From Pavona decussata (Eukaryota): a stretch of DNA of 64,000 nt. The notes below the pieces were generated by a model. It was not told the origin of the DNA. It was given only the letters and a program-made list of their open reading frames with translations, and did no database searches. Both the position numbers and the translations under genes were made by a program. The DNA lies in contig CDRNST010000104.1 of NCBI GenBank assembly GCA_977016875.1, positions 4,340,001-4,404,000 on the forward strand. The letters run 5' to 3'. This document shows positions 1 through 14,100 of the stretch, piece by piece. Position 1 is the first letter of the stretch. Every line of letters begins with the position of its first letter.

Positions 1-148
1 CAAAAACATCTTTCGACGGTAGAAATGACGTTCTCCTGTACTGGGTAAAGGAAACAGGGTATAGGCCGAACATAAACCCTAGAGTTTCTTGAACAATCAA
101 CATAAATGTCTAACATAATAGGAGAAAAAATTGAAAAGGTGTAGTTAC

Positions 149-238
149 CTTTTGGTGAAGAATGACCGAGAACTTCCGTTTGAACAAGTCAAGGTCCTTT
201 TCCATCTTCTCCAGCAATTGTTCCTTCAGCGATAATTC
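149..238 (-). CDS. CEP290: CEP290 exon 29 (ELSLKEQLLEKMEKDLDLFKRKFSVILHQK)
   Basis: Matches human RKFAVIRHQQ; AAG/GTAACT. Confidence 0.93.
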
Positions 239-3200
239 CTTTAAAATGGAAGGGATGAAAGTTTTAATGACCTAGGCATAACAATAGTTCTGGACGTGGA
301 GCGAGAGGGGAATGCGGCTCTTTACATCAGAACTTATGCCACATCGAGTATCAAAGGTTTAGCCGTCATAATGCTACAATTGCAACAGTCAATGGTCAAA
401 TCGAGAATTTTTTCTACCGTTGATGGAGGATTAAATGAGAGACAATTCCTGCATCAGAGATGTTTTAACCCTGTTTTCCACTTGGAACATAAGCAGAAGC
501 AGAAGAATAGGAGAGCACCAGCTCAATACAAGCTAAAGGACAATCATATGCTACTTTTCCTGTATTTAAACAATGCTTATGTCGCCGCCTCTTCCTAGTA
601 GTAGATCGTTTCTCTTCTCTTTCTTAATGGTATAAGTCTATATTCGCACAGGTGCTGTTCTGGAAAAAACATTATGTTATGCTCATGCTCTCTCTTCAGT
701 AAAACCATCAAAAGTGAAAGAACCGCCTTTCCTGGCTCCATCTGAGTCATTGGGCGCAGGCTTTTGGGGATAGGGGTGGGGTTTAAGGGGGAGAACGACA
801 GTTAACAAAAATGAAAACAACAATTTTCTGTTTTCTAACCTGAAGGACTTGTATGAGATGCTCATTGAGGCTTGCTATGATCTCTGTTGATGAAGGTGTC
901 ATTCCTTGTGGCAGGGGCATAGGTTGAAGCCTTATTGCTCCCTCACCTACCGTTCAAAAAGCAAATAAAATTTTCCTTCTTGCAATTCTGTTTTCTTAAA
1001 TACTACAACAAAACAAGAGAGATTGATTGCAAAAAAAGTCTATGCTAACATACAGTGTTAATCAGTACCACAGGTCTTACCGATTTCTTTCAAGACTTGT
1101 ACTTGTTTTTCAAGATCCTCAATCTTTTGAAAGGCAAATAAAAACGATTAGACAAGGTAATGCCTTAAAAACAATTGCACATAGGTTGATTTCCTCCAAG
1201 TTTCACAAGGATCACTGTACCTTGGTGTTTTTCCTCTCAACTTGCATAATAGCTTTTGCTGTCTCTTCTCTGGCATTATGCAGCTCATGACGTAGTTCCT
1301 CGTTTCTACCACTCAACTGTTCAATCTATAAAAGAATTACATTTCGAGCATTTTGAATTTCACTTGTGACATCTTTAGAAGACTCCATTGTCGTCTATCG
1401 CTACACCAGTAATTCGTGTTTTCAATTAAATGGAAACTCTTGGTGGAGGCACTTTTGAAGATTAAGGAACCGTTAAGATACTCTTACAAGGGAACGGTTA
1501 GTTCTGTTTCCGTTCTTTGAATGTTGTTCGTTTTCTATCACTGAGTAATAAAACAAAGGTTTTTATCATGTGATATTTTAATTCACTTACTCAATTAGTC
1601 CTCACACTAATTACTCCTATTCCATCACATTCCCACAACCCCACCCTCACGATGAAAGTCCTTATGTAGATAACTCTTCCATTTGTTTGTCCTTCCGTTC
1701 ACTACATTATCATTTGTACGTGTATTCATACCTGAGCTTTTAATTGAAGCGTAGTGTCATACTGGCCAACTGCATTTCTGGATTCAATCATCTAGAGAGA
1801 ACGAAGAAGAAAGAAAATATGTCAACCGAAAATATCTGAAATACGTTTGGAGAAAAAAAAAATAAAAATATAAATTATATAAACTCACAGCCATCAGCTT
1901 TTCCAAGGCTGGGACCTGAACGAGTTTGTTTCCTCCTGCATCTAAAAAGTAACAAAGTTTACTACTCGGCATGCAACAACAACGAATAGGGACTGTAAGA
2001 GGAATTATTGGCAATTTTAGGAAATGCTTTGGATCAGAAAGTTGAGGCACTAATCTAAGAAGGGGTAATATACTCAGTAAACAAAGTAAAAGATTCAAGT
2101 GCCTTTCTTCAAACAATCGTTACCAACCAACTCCAGAAACGTATCATCGTTGTGGGAAAGTTAGAAAAGCAAGTAGAGATGTCATTAAAAAGAGTTTTAA
2201 GTTAGCTTGCCGCCGAAATCACTCACAAAGGAACGAGATAGTCAGTTCGAGGGTTTTCGAATTTCGTTTAATCTTTCCGGGGCTGGACATGACCAATTTC
2301 GATCTAAATGTTTGTATCACAAATGGCGATGCGTTGCACTGCATTCCCTGATTATATTTCTCGTTTGGTAACACGAAGAATTGCCAACTAATCAAAGTTT
2401 TTCTGACATAATGTTCTGAAGAGTTATTCTACCTTCCAAATTGGACAGTTTAGCCATTATTTCTGCCTGTGTGAGCGTTAGCATTTGCAGAACAAGTTCT
2501 TTGCTTACATCTCTGTTTAACAAACCTTCCTGAGCATGTTCTTTTAGCTGGGCTAATATCTCTCTCATTCCTACTTCCAACTGCTTGTTCTCATCCTTCA
2601 GTTCCTACGCCAATATCAAATTCAACAACTTATAATGGCATTGACAAAGAAACCAAACGTTGCTTATGAAACAGCATTTAAGTAAATCGTACAGGTATCA
2701 AGGTTATCCCTTTCAGAGTTAACATATTTCAAACTGAAACTGTACGTCGTGAGAAATTCTTTTGGTAGACTAGTGCAAGCATTGTCACATTTACCTCAGT
2801 AAACGCTAGAGCCTTTGTTAATACTCAGTGCCTAAGGGGACGGTTTTAATCAAAGAAGGCGTTAAATTATTACGAAGCGTTCCTTTGAAAATTTTGTACG
2901 TGAAAGGCCAAATTTACACTACAACAAGGGCTCTTATTTAAGAAACAAGAACAGTTGAACTTCTAAAAGAAATCATGTACGCAAGACCTATAGATCTTCT
3001 TACACACACAAAAAATAATAAATTGTGTCCCAATTGACACTACCCTCTTAACCAAAATAAACACCCTCTCCCTATTAAAAGACTGGGTGTTTATTTCGTT
3101 TAGGAATGTTCATAGCAGCATTTATTAGAGAAATAAGGACAGAGAGAAACGTAATGAAATAGATCATGATACTGATTAGTAATGTGATGTCAATTTACCT

Positions 3201-6200
3201 TATTTTCTGATTCAATTGTCTTCAAGTCAGACTTGTATTTTTCAATTTGTTGTTCATTTTTTTCCACCTCTCCTTCAAGCCTCTTGTTCTAAAACATTTA
3301 AAAAGGAAACGACTAAGTCTTTATTCCCTATATACCTACTATAAAAAGCCAAAGAATATTTGTAATTCAAACAAGTTTATACACTTAAAATCTGATATTC
3401 TGGTAAACATAATTGCCTTTTTCCAACAGAGAAAAAAAATGGGCATTGGCTAGAAATTCAAAAACTACGTAAAACATTTATATCATTAGCAGTAGTGAAA
3501 CAATTCAATTGTTAGAATTGAAGCGAGAAAAAAAAATTGTACAACATTTAATCAGGCAACTAGACTTTCTATTACAACAACTGAACGTCAGCTGTTTGAA
3601 ACTAGTCTGCATCGTGTAGTGCTCTGCTCTAAGACAAGAACCTTTTTTAATCTAAATAATTCCTTACAATATATCAAATTCGGCATGTTTAGTCCCTTTC
3701 TTATGGCCTATTACCAGAAGAACTACCCCTGTCTCATTAACAAATCGAATGTGGTTTGGCGTTGTCTGTACTCTTTCTCGACAACGATATTCGTCATCAC
3801 AGTGGTCAAAATGTTGTGCACGCCGAGTGAGTCCACAACAATTTTGGACCACTGTGATGACGAATATCGTTGTCGATAAGAGTGCAGACAACGCTAAACC
3901 ACATTCGATTTGTTTTTTACCACAATATCAACGTCTAAGAAAATTTTTATAATAACTGTCAAAATTTCCGCGCACTGATTGACGCGAGCAGCGTAGTCTA
4001 GACTCTTATCGACAACGGAAAATTAGCCAATCAGATTGCGAGATTAGAAACAATTGTGGTAAAACATTACTTCAACCCTCGCTTTTGCGCATGCCCAAAT
4101 AAAAAGTAATTATTGTTAGAATTTCAACTTTTCTTCAAAACGAATTCAATATATATCTAGACTTTGCAACAATTTTTTAGAAATTGAAACTATTGCCAAA
4201 CTTTTCATTGCAAAATATAGACACCTAAAACAGAACTTGAAAACACCATTAAAAACTACTGAAACCATTTAAAAAACTTGAAAACATCATTAGATGCTAC
4301 AGAAACCATTGATTGAATTTGAAACAATCATTAGAAACTACTGAAACTATTGACAGAATAGACCATTTTCGATATATTAAAATTCTAGCTTGACTACGGG
4401 GCTTAGGGAAATGTAACAAAATAAATTAATTGTTCATCTCTGAACCTCAATGTTATTTCTATTATTTCGTCCCCCTACGCCTGGTAATATATCGAAACTG
4501 ATCCATTTGAAAACACCATTAGAAACTATTGAAACCATTGACAGAATTTGAACATATATCTAGAAACTATTAACGTCAATGACAGAATTTCAGAATATCA
4601 TTAGAAATTATTTACACTATTGACACAATTTCAAAATACCGTCAAAAACTATTGAAACCATCATTGACAGAAATGAAATTATTGTTAATAACTATTGAAA
4701 CCATTGAAATAATCTGAAAATGTCAAGCTATAGAAACCATTGACAGAATATTACAGATTGTTAGGAACTACTGAAACCTTTGGCAGAATTTGCAAATTTT
4801 CTTTAGAAGCTCTAGAAATCATTCACAGAATTTCCAAAAGATATTTAGAAAATATTGACCCCATTGCTAGAAGAAAAAGTACTGAAACCACTGCTGAGAC
4901 AAAGAAGTATTGTATGCCTTACTAAAAACTCAATTATAGCTTTCTAGAAATAAAACATATGGAAACCAATCAGAACTATTCAGAAATAGTTCGGGAATCT
5001 CCCTTATCAAAAATCTAAATAATATAACATAATAAATAATATAATATAAATGTGTAATTTCCCGTTGTGTCTTGTATCAACAACCAACACGTCAAAAATT
5101 CTAATCTGAACTAGTCAAAGAGGACCTTAATGGCAACCATCTATGAGCGAAGAGGATTTAACCTCTGAGTACAATGATTTTCGTTTATTTAAGGTGAACA
5201 TACAGTATGATTATACAACAGATGTGTTTGAAACGTACCAAAGCCTTGGTAACGTCACTGTCAGAACCAACGATAGGAAATGGTCTTCTGGATGAGGAGA
5301 CAACTTCTTCTTCTTCTGCCATAATCAAGTCTTCTGCCGTAATTCCTAATTCAACAGCTCTGAAGGAACACAGCAACACTGTATGAACACTAAACGTTTA
5401 AAGAAACTCAAACCATTGTTTGCCAAAAGCCTTTAGTTTAACATGACTGGCAACTTAGACGAGAATGGCCAATGTCGTCAGACATGCCATAACAGAAAGG
5501 AGCTACGCTGAAGCAGCCAATGTGGAAAGTCAAAAAAGGTAGTTGGCAACCACCACCATGAACTTCATTAAATGGGCAGGGTGTTCACTGTCAAGACTTA
5601 CCATCCTACTGAAAGCAAGGAACTATTTACTTGACATTACAATGACATCACAAGTTACAAGTTATCACAAGGCAAAGGAAAGCTGTATTTATCTTACCTG
5701 GCACCTCTGTGTAGTGCTTGTTTTCTGAGTTGTCTCTTCAGTTGAAGCCGTTCTTCCTCCAACCTTTCAACCTAAAAACGGCAATGACAATGACTCATGT
5801 CGGCAAACGTTTAGTCACTAAAATCATTAATTTCATTGGACAACAAAGCAGTCACTGCATCACGTCACGGTTTTCCACAGAAAAGAAATATATGGCCATC
5901 AAAACACATTTGCTTGGTTCCGTATTGAATTCTCATCTAATTTAATTGATTAGTGACATGATCTAAGTCATGAATCCTTGTCTACATCTTCAAGATCAAA
6001 CAACCTGAAATTTTTTTAAAGAAAACGTATACGAAAATTATTCAGAAAATAAGTTGCTAAGACAATGACAAAAGGGCACGAGTCTTCTCAGTCAGGAAAG
6101 ACGAGAAAGGGAAACCGATCACCTGTTATAAGAGGAGCCTTCGTTGTGGAATGACTGTTCTAGAAAAAGCCAAGCCTGAATGACTACATCCTGTTGGCTT

Positions 6201-9200
6201 GGCACCTTCTGTTGTCATTTTCGGAAAGAGAAATAGCATTCTCTTTATTTGTCCCTGGTTAGATGAGTGAATGGAATACGGTTTACTTGAAATAAGCCTT
6301 CGTTTTGAAAATTATTCATTTGTCTAAGTTGAGGAACAATTGGGTTTTCACTGTATTCGTTATTCGTAAACCGATGTATCAGTAGCCAAAAGAATGATCC
6401 CAAGGAATCCACGCTGTACAAAGCTCATCGTTCGTCAGGGAATGAGCGTACGTTCTCTTACACAGATTACTTCAAAGATTACTTCACCTCCTTAGTGAGC
6501 GCTCTGTTTAATGCCACTGCTTGCTCTGCTTTCACTATCTTTTTGTGACGGACATCTTCAATGTCCAGTTTCTCTTTTGGATCCATTCCAAGTCGTTCTC
6601 GCAGCTCCTCGTTCTCCATTTCAGTGTCATTTACTTTGATCTCCAAATTGTTAACATGGCTGGTGAGGTCTTCAATATTCCTGAAGTAAACGAAACAAAC
6701 AAATAAATGCATCAGCTACATGTAGAATAATCTAAAAACGCTGCTAAAATGAAGCTTGTCATCCTGAGAAGATAATCTTGTGTGCATCTCATCTTAAGAA
6801 ACACATGTTTCTCAGCTTGTGATGTGTCTTCCTCCAGGAGGCAGGCATGTTGCTATAACTTTGAAAACTATATTTCAAGATCTCATATTTTAACAGTAGC
6901 GCAAAATTTCTGGTAAAAAATTCACCATAGTCACGCTCTCAAAATGAAGATTTCTAATCATCACTTTCGCAACATCTACAACTACTGTACCCTAAGTTTC
7001 ATCTTAGGAAATGGGAGTGTACAGAAGTGAACAAAGCAATAAAAGTAACCACATCTGCAGAACAATTAAAATAAGCGTATGACAATTTCTTACTGATCTC
7101 TGATCCTAATCTGAGCCTTGCAGTCCTTAATTTCTTGCACTGCTTCACTCAAACCATATTCTCCCTGAAACAACAAAGACGTGTATCAGAGCATTGTAAG
7201 TAAGGTTATCACGCATACTGGCTCTTAAGTTTCTGTATATTGGTACCGCATGAATCAGGTCATGCATTTGAACTTCACTACTCTTAAAAACCATTATTTA
7301 GACCGCCTATTTTTTTTTTTTTTTTTTTTTTCATTTTTAGGATTGTACAAACTACCTTNNNNNNNNNNNNNNNNNNNNNNNNNNNNNNNNNNNNNNNNNN
7401 NNNNNNNNNNNNNNNNNNNNNNNNNNNNNNNNNNNNNNNNNNNNNNNNNNNNNNNNNNNNNNNNNNNNNNNNNNNNNNNNNNNNNNNNNNNNNNNNNNNN
7501 NNNNNNNNNNNNNNNNNNNNNNNNNNNNNNNNNNNNNNNNNNNNNNNNNNNNNNNNNNNNNNNNNNNNNNNNNNNNNNNNNNNNNNNNNNNNNNNNNNNN
7601 NNNNNNNNNNNNNNNNNNNNNNNNNNNNNNNNNNNNNNNNNNNNNNNNNNNNNNNNNNNNAGGAATGTAGCTTGCAGTGAGAAAGAAGCTCCACTTTTGC
7701 TGGTACCAAAGAAACGGCGCCAACCTCTAGCTGGTCCTTGACAACATCATAACCAGGGACATGGCCCTTGCACCAACAATTATTATCAACAGCTTAAGGG
7801 TTTGGTTTTATTCTTACCCGTTCATATTGCATCATTCGAGCCAACAAATCATTCAACTGTTTGTCCTTATCAGCTGCTGCCTTTTCTGCCTGTTGCAAGA
7901 AAGAACAACTCTTAGTTAGCTTCAGCAAAACAAGGAAAACACTGCTATATTTGCATTAAAAATCTCTCCAGGTTATCTGTAAATAAGACCATCAACTCTT
8001 ACTTGTGAGTCAACTTTGAATAGTATAATGATGTTCTTACATGTGACGATCTTGCATTACGGTAACCCTTAAAATGAAATCTATTAAACAGTGCTCTCCT
8101 CCAGACGTATTTGTTATGTTTCACTAGGTGGTTTCAGCTATTGAGTCTGCTGATGAAGAACTCCTCAGCGAAAGCAAATGAAAGCCATTGACTTATTCAT
8201 TTCGGTTGAGCTGTTATTGAAGTGATCATGGAGTTCTTTGCTACTCTTAGAAAGTGAAAAGTTTATCCTTGCCATTATCATTCTGTCTTTGAACTGGAGA
8301 ACCTCAAGTTGCTCTCTTTGTAACGTACTGTTCAGCTCTTTGATTCTCTTCTGCTGGTATGCCGATGGAACACCTAAAACCAAACCATGTTACTCAATCA
8401 TTTTCAAAGTTTGGACAAAGCACAGCTCAATTTACAACAACTTAAAGCATTAATATTCCTTTTCCTCGGATGAGAGGCTGATTAATCAATCATCATCATC
8501 ATCATCATCATCATCGCCAGCAAGAAGCTTCTCCAAACAACTTGTTACGATACTAACACTTTACCAACATTTGCTTCCCGTTCAAAATCCTGTCATGGGC
8601 CATCCTCTTTTATACAATGGGCAGAAAACAGCTGTAAGACCCACGTTTTGATAGTTCTGACATTTGTGATCAACGTATAGGGCCAGGTTGTTCGAAAGCC
8701 GTTTACACTAAACCACGATGAAAAGTTAACCAAGGTTTTCATCTCACTCGTCAAAAATGCTTTTAAAGACAAATTTTAAGCCAATGGTAGAAAAGTCTAA
8801 GTCCAAAGAGAGGGTCAAAAATCTTTTTGAAGAATCTTTATTGATTAGAAAGGAAACTTGAATTGAAGTTCACGTTAACCTAGTTTTAGCTTAATCCCGC
8901 TTTGAACAAGTAGGCCCAGATGTATGAATGATGTTGTGAGCCGCAGACACATTCCTCCTTCTTGACATTTTGCGCAGATAAAAGTGACAGATTGTTAGCC
9001 AACCATAAGCCTTGTTAGCTTGCGTCAGCCCAGAGTAGTGCCTTCTTGTTATAGATAACAAATGATTTGCCCTCTTAAATCTCACCACAAATTGTTACTG
9101 TAATGGTTTTGAAAACACTTCTAATTTTGTACGGAATAACTGATATCAAACAATGTAAAAAAAAAGAGATTCCATTTGGCCGTCAGTGTGTACTTTGATA

Positions 9201-11082
9201 GCACAGAGAGGACGTCAAAACATGGTAACAACATCAGTCTCGCTACTTACCTGGGTCTTGTAGTGTGGTTCTTTGCTCTTACTAAGTTTAGACGTCGTCT
9301 GTGCACTATATATACGAGTACACACACAGCCAAATGGAAACTCTTTGCTAAGTATTCTCAAGTCTCGCAGTGTTGACAAGGAAACATTCTACCCTTCTCC
9401 ACCCACCCGCTGAATAGCACCTTCCCCAATAGTTTACAGGAAACCAATGCGAAACAAAGTTTCTTGCCAGGGCAACAACCAAGACTGGAACCACCAATGA
9501 CTAAGTCCCATGCACCATGCCTCAGTAGGTGAATGATTTACACTCACCCTTTTCTGTTAGAGCTTTGACTTCATCTGCATATGAAGCCACTCCATGCATG
9601 TCAGTTGTCGCCTGTAACCAACATATGTAATGAACAGTCTTGCTGAAAAACGTGAATCTCCCATTGTATTGAAACTTAGACACTAATGAATACTTTTACA
9701 TTAAGAACAAAACTTTATTTACATACACAAAGCCCACCAAATTTTTAAAAACGAATCATTGATTGAACCATTGCCCTTATTTACATAACTGTACTGGAAA
9801 CAAATTAGGGATCAGAGAATTAACTCCACAGTGTATGTTAGTGCTAATTGAACCCAAGAAAATTCTACTGAGCGTTGGCCCTAGTAAGTAGATGGGAGAC
9901 CGAATGAGGGGAAAAAACATTTCAGCTCCGCGAGAATTGAGTCCACGACCTCCTGATTTGATCAGCTGTTGCTCTAACAACTGAGCTTCAAGGCCAGAAG
10001 GGAGCAAGATGTAGGTAATAAAGGTAGTGATTGCGCCAAATGTGAACGTGAAAGGTACAAATGAATGTTTGGCCACTAGCACTTGGGACACAAATGACGG
10101 ATCAGAGAATTAACTCTGTTGTCTGTGTATGATGAAGTACTAAATGAAAACATGAAAATCAGACGGAAGCAAGTCGTGAGTGATAATGGTGGCAATTGCG
10201 GCAACTGTAAATGTGAAGGGTACAGATGAATGTTGTGCTGCTAGCACCAAGGATAAATGATGGATCAGAGAATTAATTTTGCAGGATATGTTAAAGTGTT
10301 AAATGAACACAGGAAAATCATACACTACAGAGTAACTTCTCTGATCCGTCATTTGTGCCCTTAGTGCTAGCGGTACAACATGCATTTGTAATAAGTAACA
10401 GACTTTCCCAAACGATGTCACTACATATAAATCTGTAAGGGTTACAGCAAACACTACCTTTTCCAGATCCTTCTTGAGCTTTTCAATGGTTTCATCTTTC
10501 TCAACCACTGCCTACAAGGATTTAAAAAAAAAAAATCGAAATAAAACAATGTATATCGTGAACACAAGCACAAACTTTACCAAAGTCCGGCACCACTGGC
10601 ATTCCACCAATAGATAACATGATGCAGACACTGCTGAGTTATATCGCTAACCCTTCTGGAACAAATAAACATCTTAACTAGCTGAACCTAATAAGTAAGT
10701 AAGTAAGAGACTTTATTTAAAGAGGGTAACACGTGACAGCTTACGCCGATAACCCTGTAGCCCTCTAATGAACAACCAGAACCAGATGAGGCTATTGAAC
10801 CAAATGAAAAGCGAAAGCTACTGAAGCCGGTGAAGAACCACTTAAGGATGGTGCCTATTTTTGTTACTGCGCATACGTTCTGCGCATCTGCGCGGTTTAA
10901 ACTATGCGGAAAAAGCAGAACTTAGCAAGTGCTCTTGGTATCCAAAAAGAAAATTTGGGGTAACCATGCATTTTTCAGAGATAAAAAAGCTTCAACTTGG
11001 AAAAAAACACCAAACATTGCTTTGCATTTTACTGTTTCTTTTAGAATGATTGTTGCTTAATTATCTCTAAAAACTGCCTGGT

Positions 11083-11113
<31 letters not shown>

Positions 11114-14100
11114 CTTGTGTTAAGATCTGCTTTCCCCACATTGTCATAAACCACACAAAAATACTTCCTTATTAAAAGGCACCATCCTTAAACGATGTTG
11201 ATCAACTGAACGATCTCAACCAGCTGAACCTGCTGAACAACCTAAAACAACTACGCGTACAGAGCCACCTTTAATACCAGAACCAGCTGAACGTACTGAA
11301 ATAAAGGAACGAATTGGTCAAACTCAACTAGCAGAGCCTGTTGACCCAACTGAACAGATGCTGAACAAACTAAACAACCTAGACTTACTGAGCCCATTAA
11401 ACCCAACTAAGCCTACTGAACTAACCCAAGAAGCTAAAACAAGCTAAAACTACTTAACCAAATCAACCAGCTTAACTTTAACCTTAGCCCAATAGAACCC
11501 AGCTGAATCTTCTGAACCTACTGAACCACATGAAGCAGCTAAACAAGCTGAGCCAGCTGGGCCTACTGAATCGACTAAACATAACGAATCAACAGAACCA
11601 GCTGAACCTACTCAACCACAAGAAACTTATGAATCAACTGACCCAGGTTTATCGGCTGAATAAACTGACCCCACTGAATCTACTGAACCTGAAACAGCTG
11701 ATGTTACTGAAAGCTAACTCTCTAAACCACTTGAACCACAACAACCTGATAAACCACTAACCCAGCTGAAACTAATGCACCAGCTGAGCCTATGAATAGT
11801 AATTTAATTATTTATTTACTTATATAGAGCCCTTTAACATTAGAATGATTGCTTTACAATCCAAGAAAACTAATATTAACAATAGATATTACAATAAAAA
11901 TGCTATTTGCAATAGATAATTACAATAACAGTACTAAAATAAGTAATAATAATAAATAAATAAATAAATAATGAATAAATTGATGAATGAATAAAAAGTA
12001 AATAAATAAAATACAAAACACCGATAAGATCGTAATGTGAAACTAAAACGCTAGCTTAAAAAGATAAGTCTTCAGAGATTTCTTAAATAGCGCTAGTGAA
12101 TCAATCGTGCGGATGTGCGCAGGCAAGCTGTGCCACAGCACAGGCGCAGAGGTATGAAACGAGCGGGCACCCAAAGTCGTGCGCATAACCCCTTTTGGAC
12201 ATTCTAAAAATATTGTATCATTATTGCTTAATGAATACCTAGACGATGATCTAATACAGATCAGGTTACTTAAATGAACCAACTAAGCCTACTTTAATAA
12301 CCAAATCAAACAGCCCCAACTGTTCAATTAGCTGACCAAGATGACCCAACTAATCCATCTGAACCAACTTAACCCTAGGAAACATGATGGAACGCATCGT
12401 ATGTGCTTTGACTTTCGAAAACTCAACCAGTCCACACAGAAAGATGCCATATCACTGCCAAGAATGGATGATGTCTTAGCCTCTGGCTACTGGCAGATAC
12501 AAGTACACTGCATTCTCAATGTATCGTAGACAATTTCAGTGGAGTGTTATACCATTCAGTTTGACCAATGGACCAGCTAGCTTTACTTAATTGATGAATC
12601 TAGCACTTAGTGGACTCACTTGGACCCACTGTCTTGTGTATTTAGATGACATCATCATCTGGACCCCTTCCTTTGAAGACCATATTTACCATCTACGGTT
12701 TGTCTTTGACAGAATAAGAGCTGCAGGTTTGAAACTAAAGCCAACCAGGTATCAGTTCCTGAGAAATGAAGTTACTTTTCTGAGACATGCAGTTTCCCCC
12801 AAAAGGAATAAAGGCAGATACGGTGAAAGTTAAATTTTGCCAGTGCCACTGAATATGAAGAACTTCAAGGCTTCCATGGCCTCGCTAGTTATTATAGGCA
12901 ATTCATCTCTGGATTTCAATTATTGCCGAACCTCTTTATTAGTTGTGCAGGAAAAATATACCATTTTCCTGGCAACAGGGAGCAAATATCTAGCTTTGAG
13001 GAGCTCAAGCTTCACCTGGTTAGTGCGCCAGTACTAGCATATCCAGATTTCAACCCTGATGCTGGATCTTTCTTACAAGACACTGATGCCAGCCAACACC
13101 TAGGAATTGGAGCAGTTCTCTCACAGTTGCAGTCAGATGGGATGGAACAGGTGATTGTGTATGGTAGTCACTCTTTGAATGAACATGAGAAGAACTATTG
13201 CACAAATCGGTTGGAGATGCTTGCTTTGGTGACCTATGTCGACCATTTCCATTACTAGTCACTGAGCTGGAAATTCTTTCTACGAACTGACCATCATTCC
13301 TTGAGTTGGTTGATGTCCTTTAAAGAAGTACAAGGGCAGGTGGCACATTGGCTGGAATGCCTTCAAGAACATCACTATGAAAAAAAAGCGACACGGAAAG
13401 CTACATGGCAATGCAATCCTTCTCTTAGCGGCCAAGGAGACCCCATGGAGAATGCTCATGTGTGCCTTCCGCAAAACCAAAGTTGTCAGCAGTCACTCGC
13501 AAGTCTCCATCTGGGGAAAGCCAATGAGAAGGAGAGCTGTGGTCACCTGCGAAGGCAGCATGAGCTTAAGGTGATGATCCAGATATTGGCCCAGTAGTAA
13601 AGCAGTTGCTGTGGTAGTGGAAGAAACCAACTACTTAGGAACTTCAGTCATTGAGTTGTGCTACTAGGGGAGTCTGGGCACAGTTTGAACTGCTCAAACT
13701 GCTACAAGGAGTACTCTATCGGCGGCCAGGCGAAGAAACCTTGAAAGCAAGGAGAATGGTGGTTCTACTCAAGAAACTCATCAAAGAAGGGCTCACTGCA
13801 GTTCCAATGGCCCAGCAAGTGCCCACTTAGGAAGAGTGAAGACCTTAAAGAAGATGAAAGCCAGGTTTTTGAGACCAGGCATGCAATGGTTGTCTGGTGT
13901 GTGCTAAGTGCAAGTCTACACCTAACCCAAGAGCACCCCTGCAGCAAATAACATCTGGGAGCCATATGCAAAGAATTCATATTGACATAGTTGGTCCCTT
14001 AACAGTTGTTCAGTGTAGTTTTACAAAGTGGGTTGAGGCATTTGCAACTCCCAGCCAACGCACTACAACTTGTGCCTGACAGCATACACAGTGATCACAA

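Noticed and set aside
296-598. 100-aa plus-strand ORF in CEP290 intron 28
   Set aside because: GTG start, no recognisable homology and no splice support.
7250-7741. Long ORFs across the N run; possible missing exon
   Set aside because: Gap artefacts; exons 17 and 18 join with continuous homology.
8149-8178. CTGATGA...GAAA hammerhead-like motif
   Set aside because: No proper stem II or stem I can form.
11530-11760. ORF MKQLNKLSQL...
   Set aside because: Alternative-frame reading of the 9-bp repeat.
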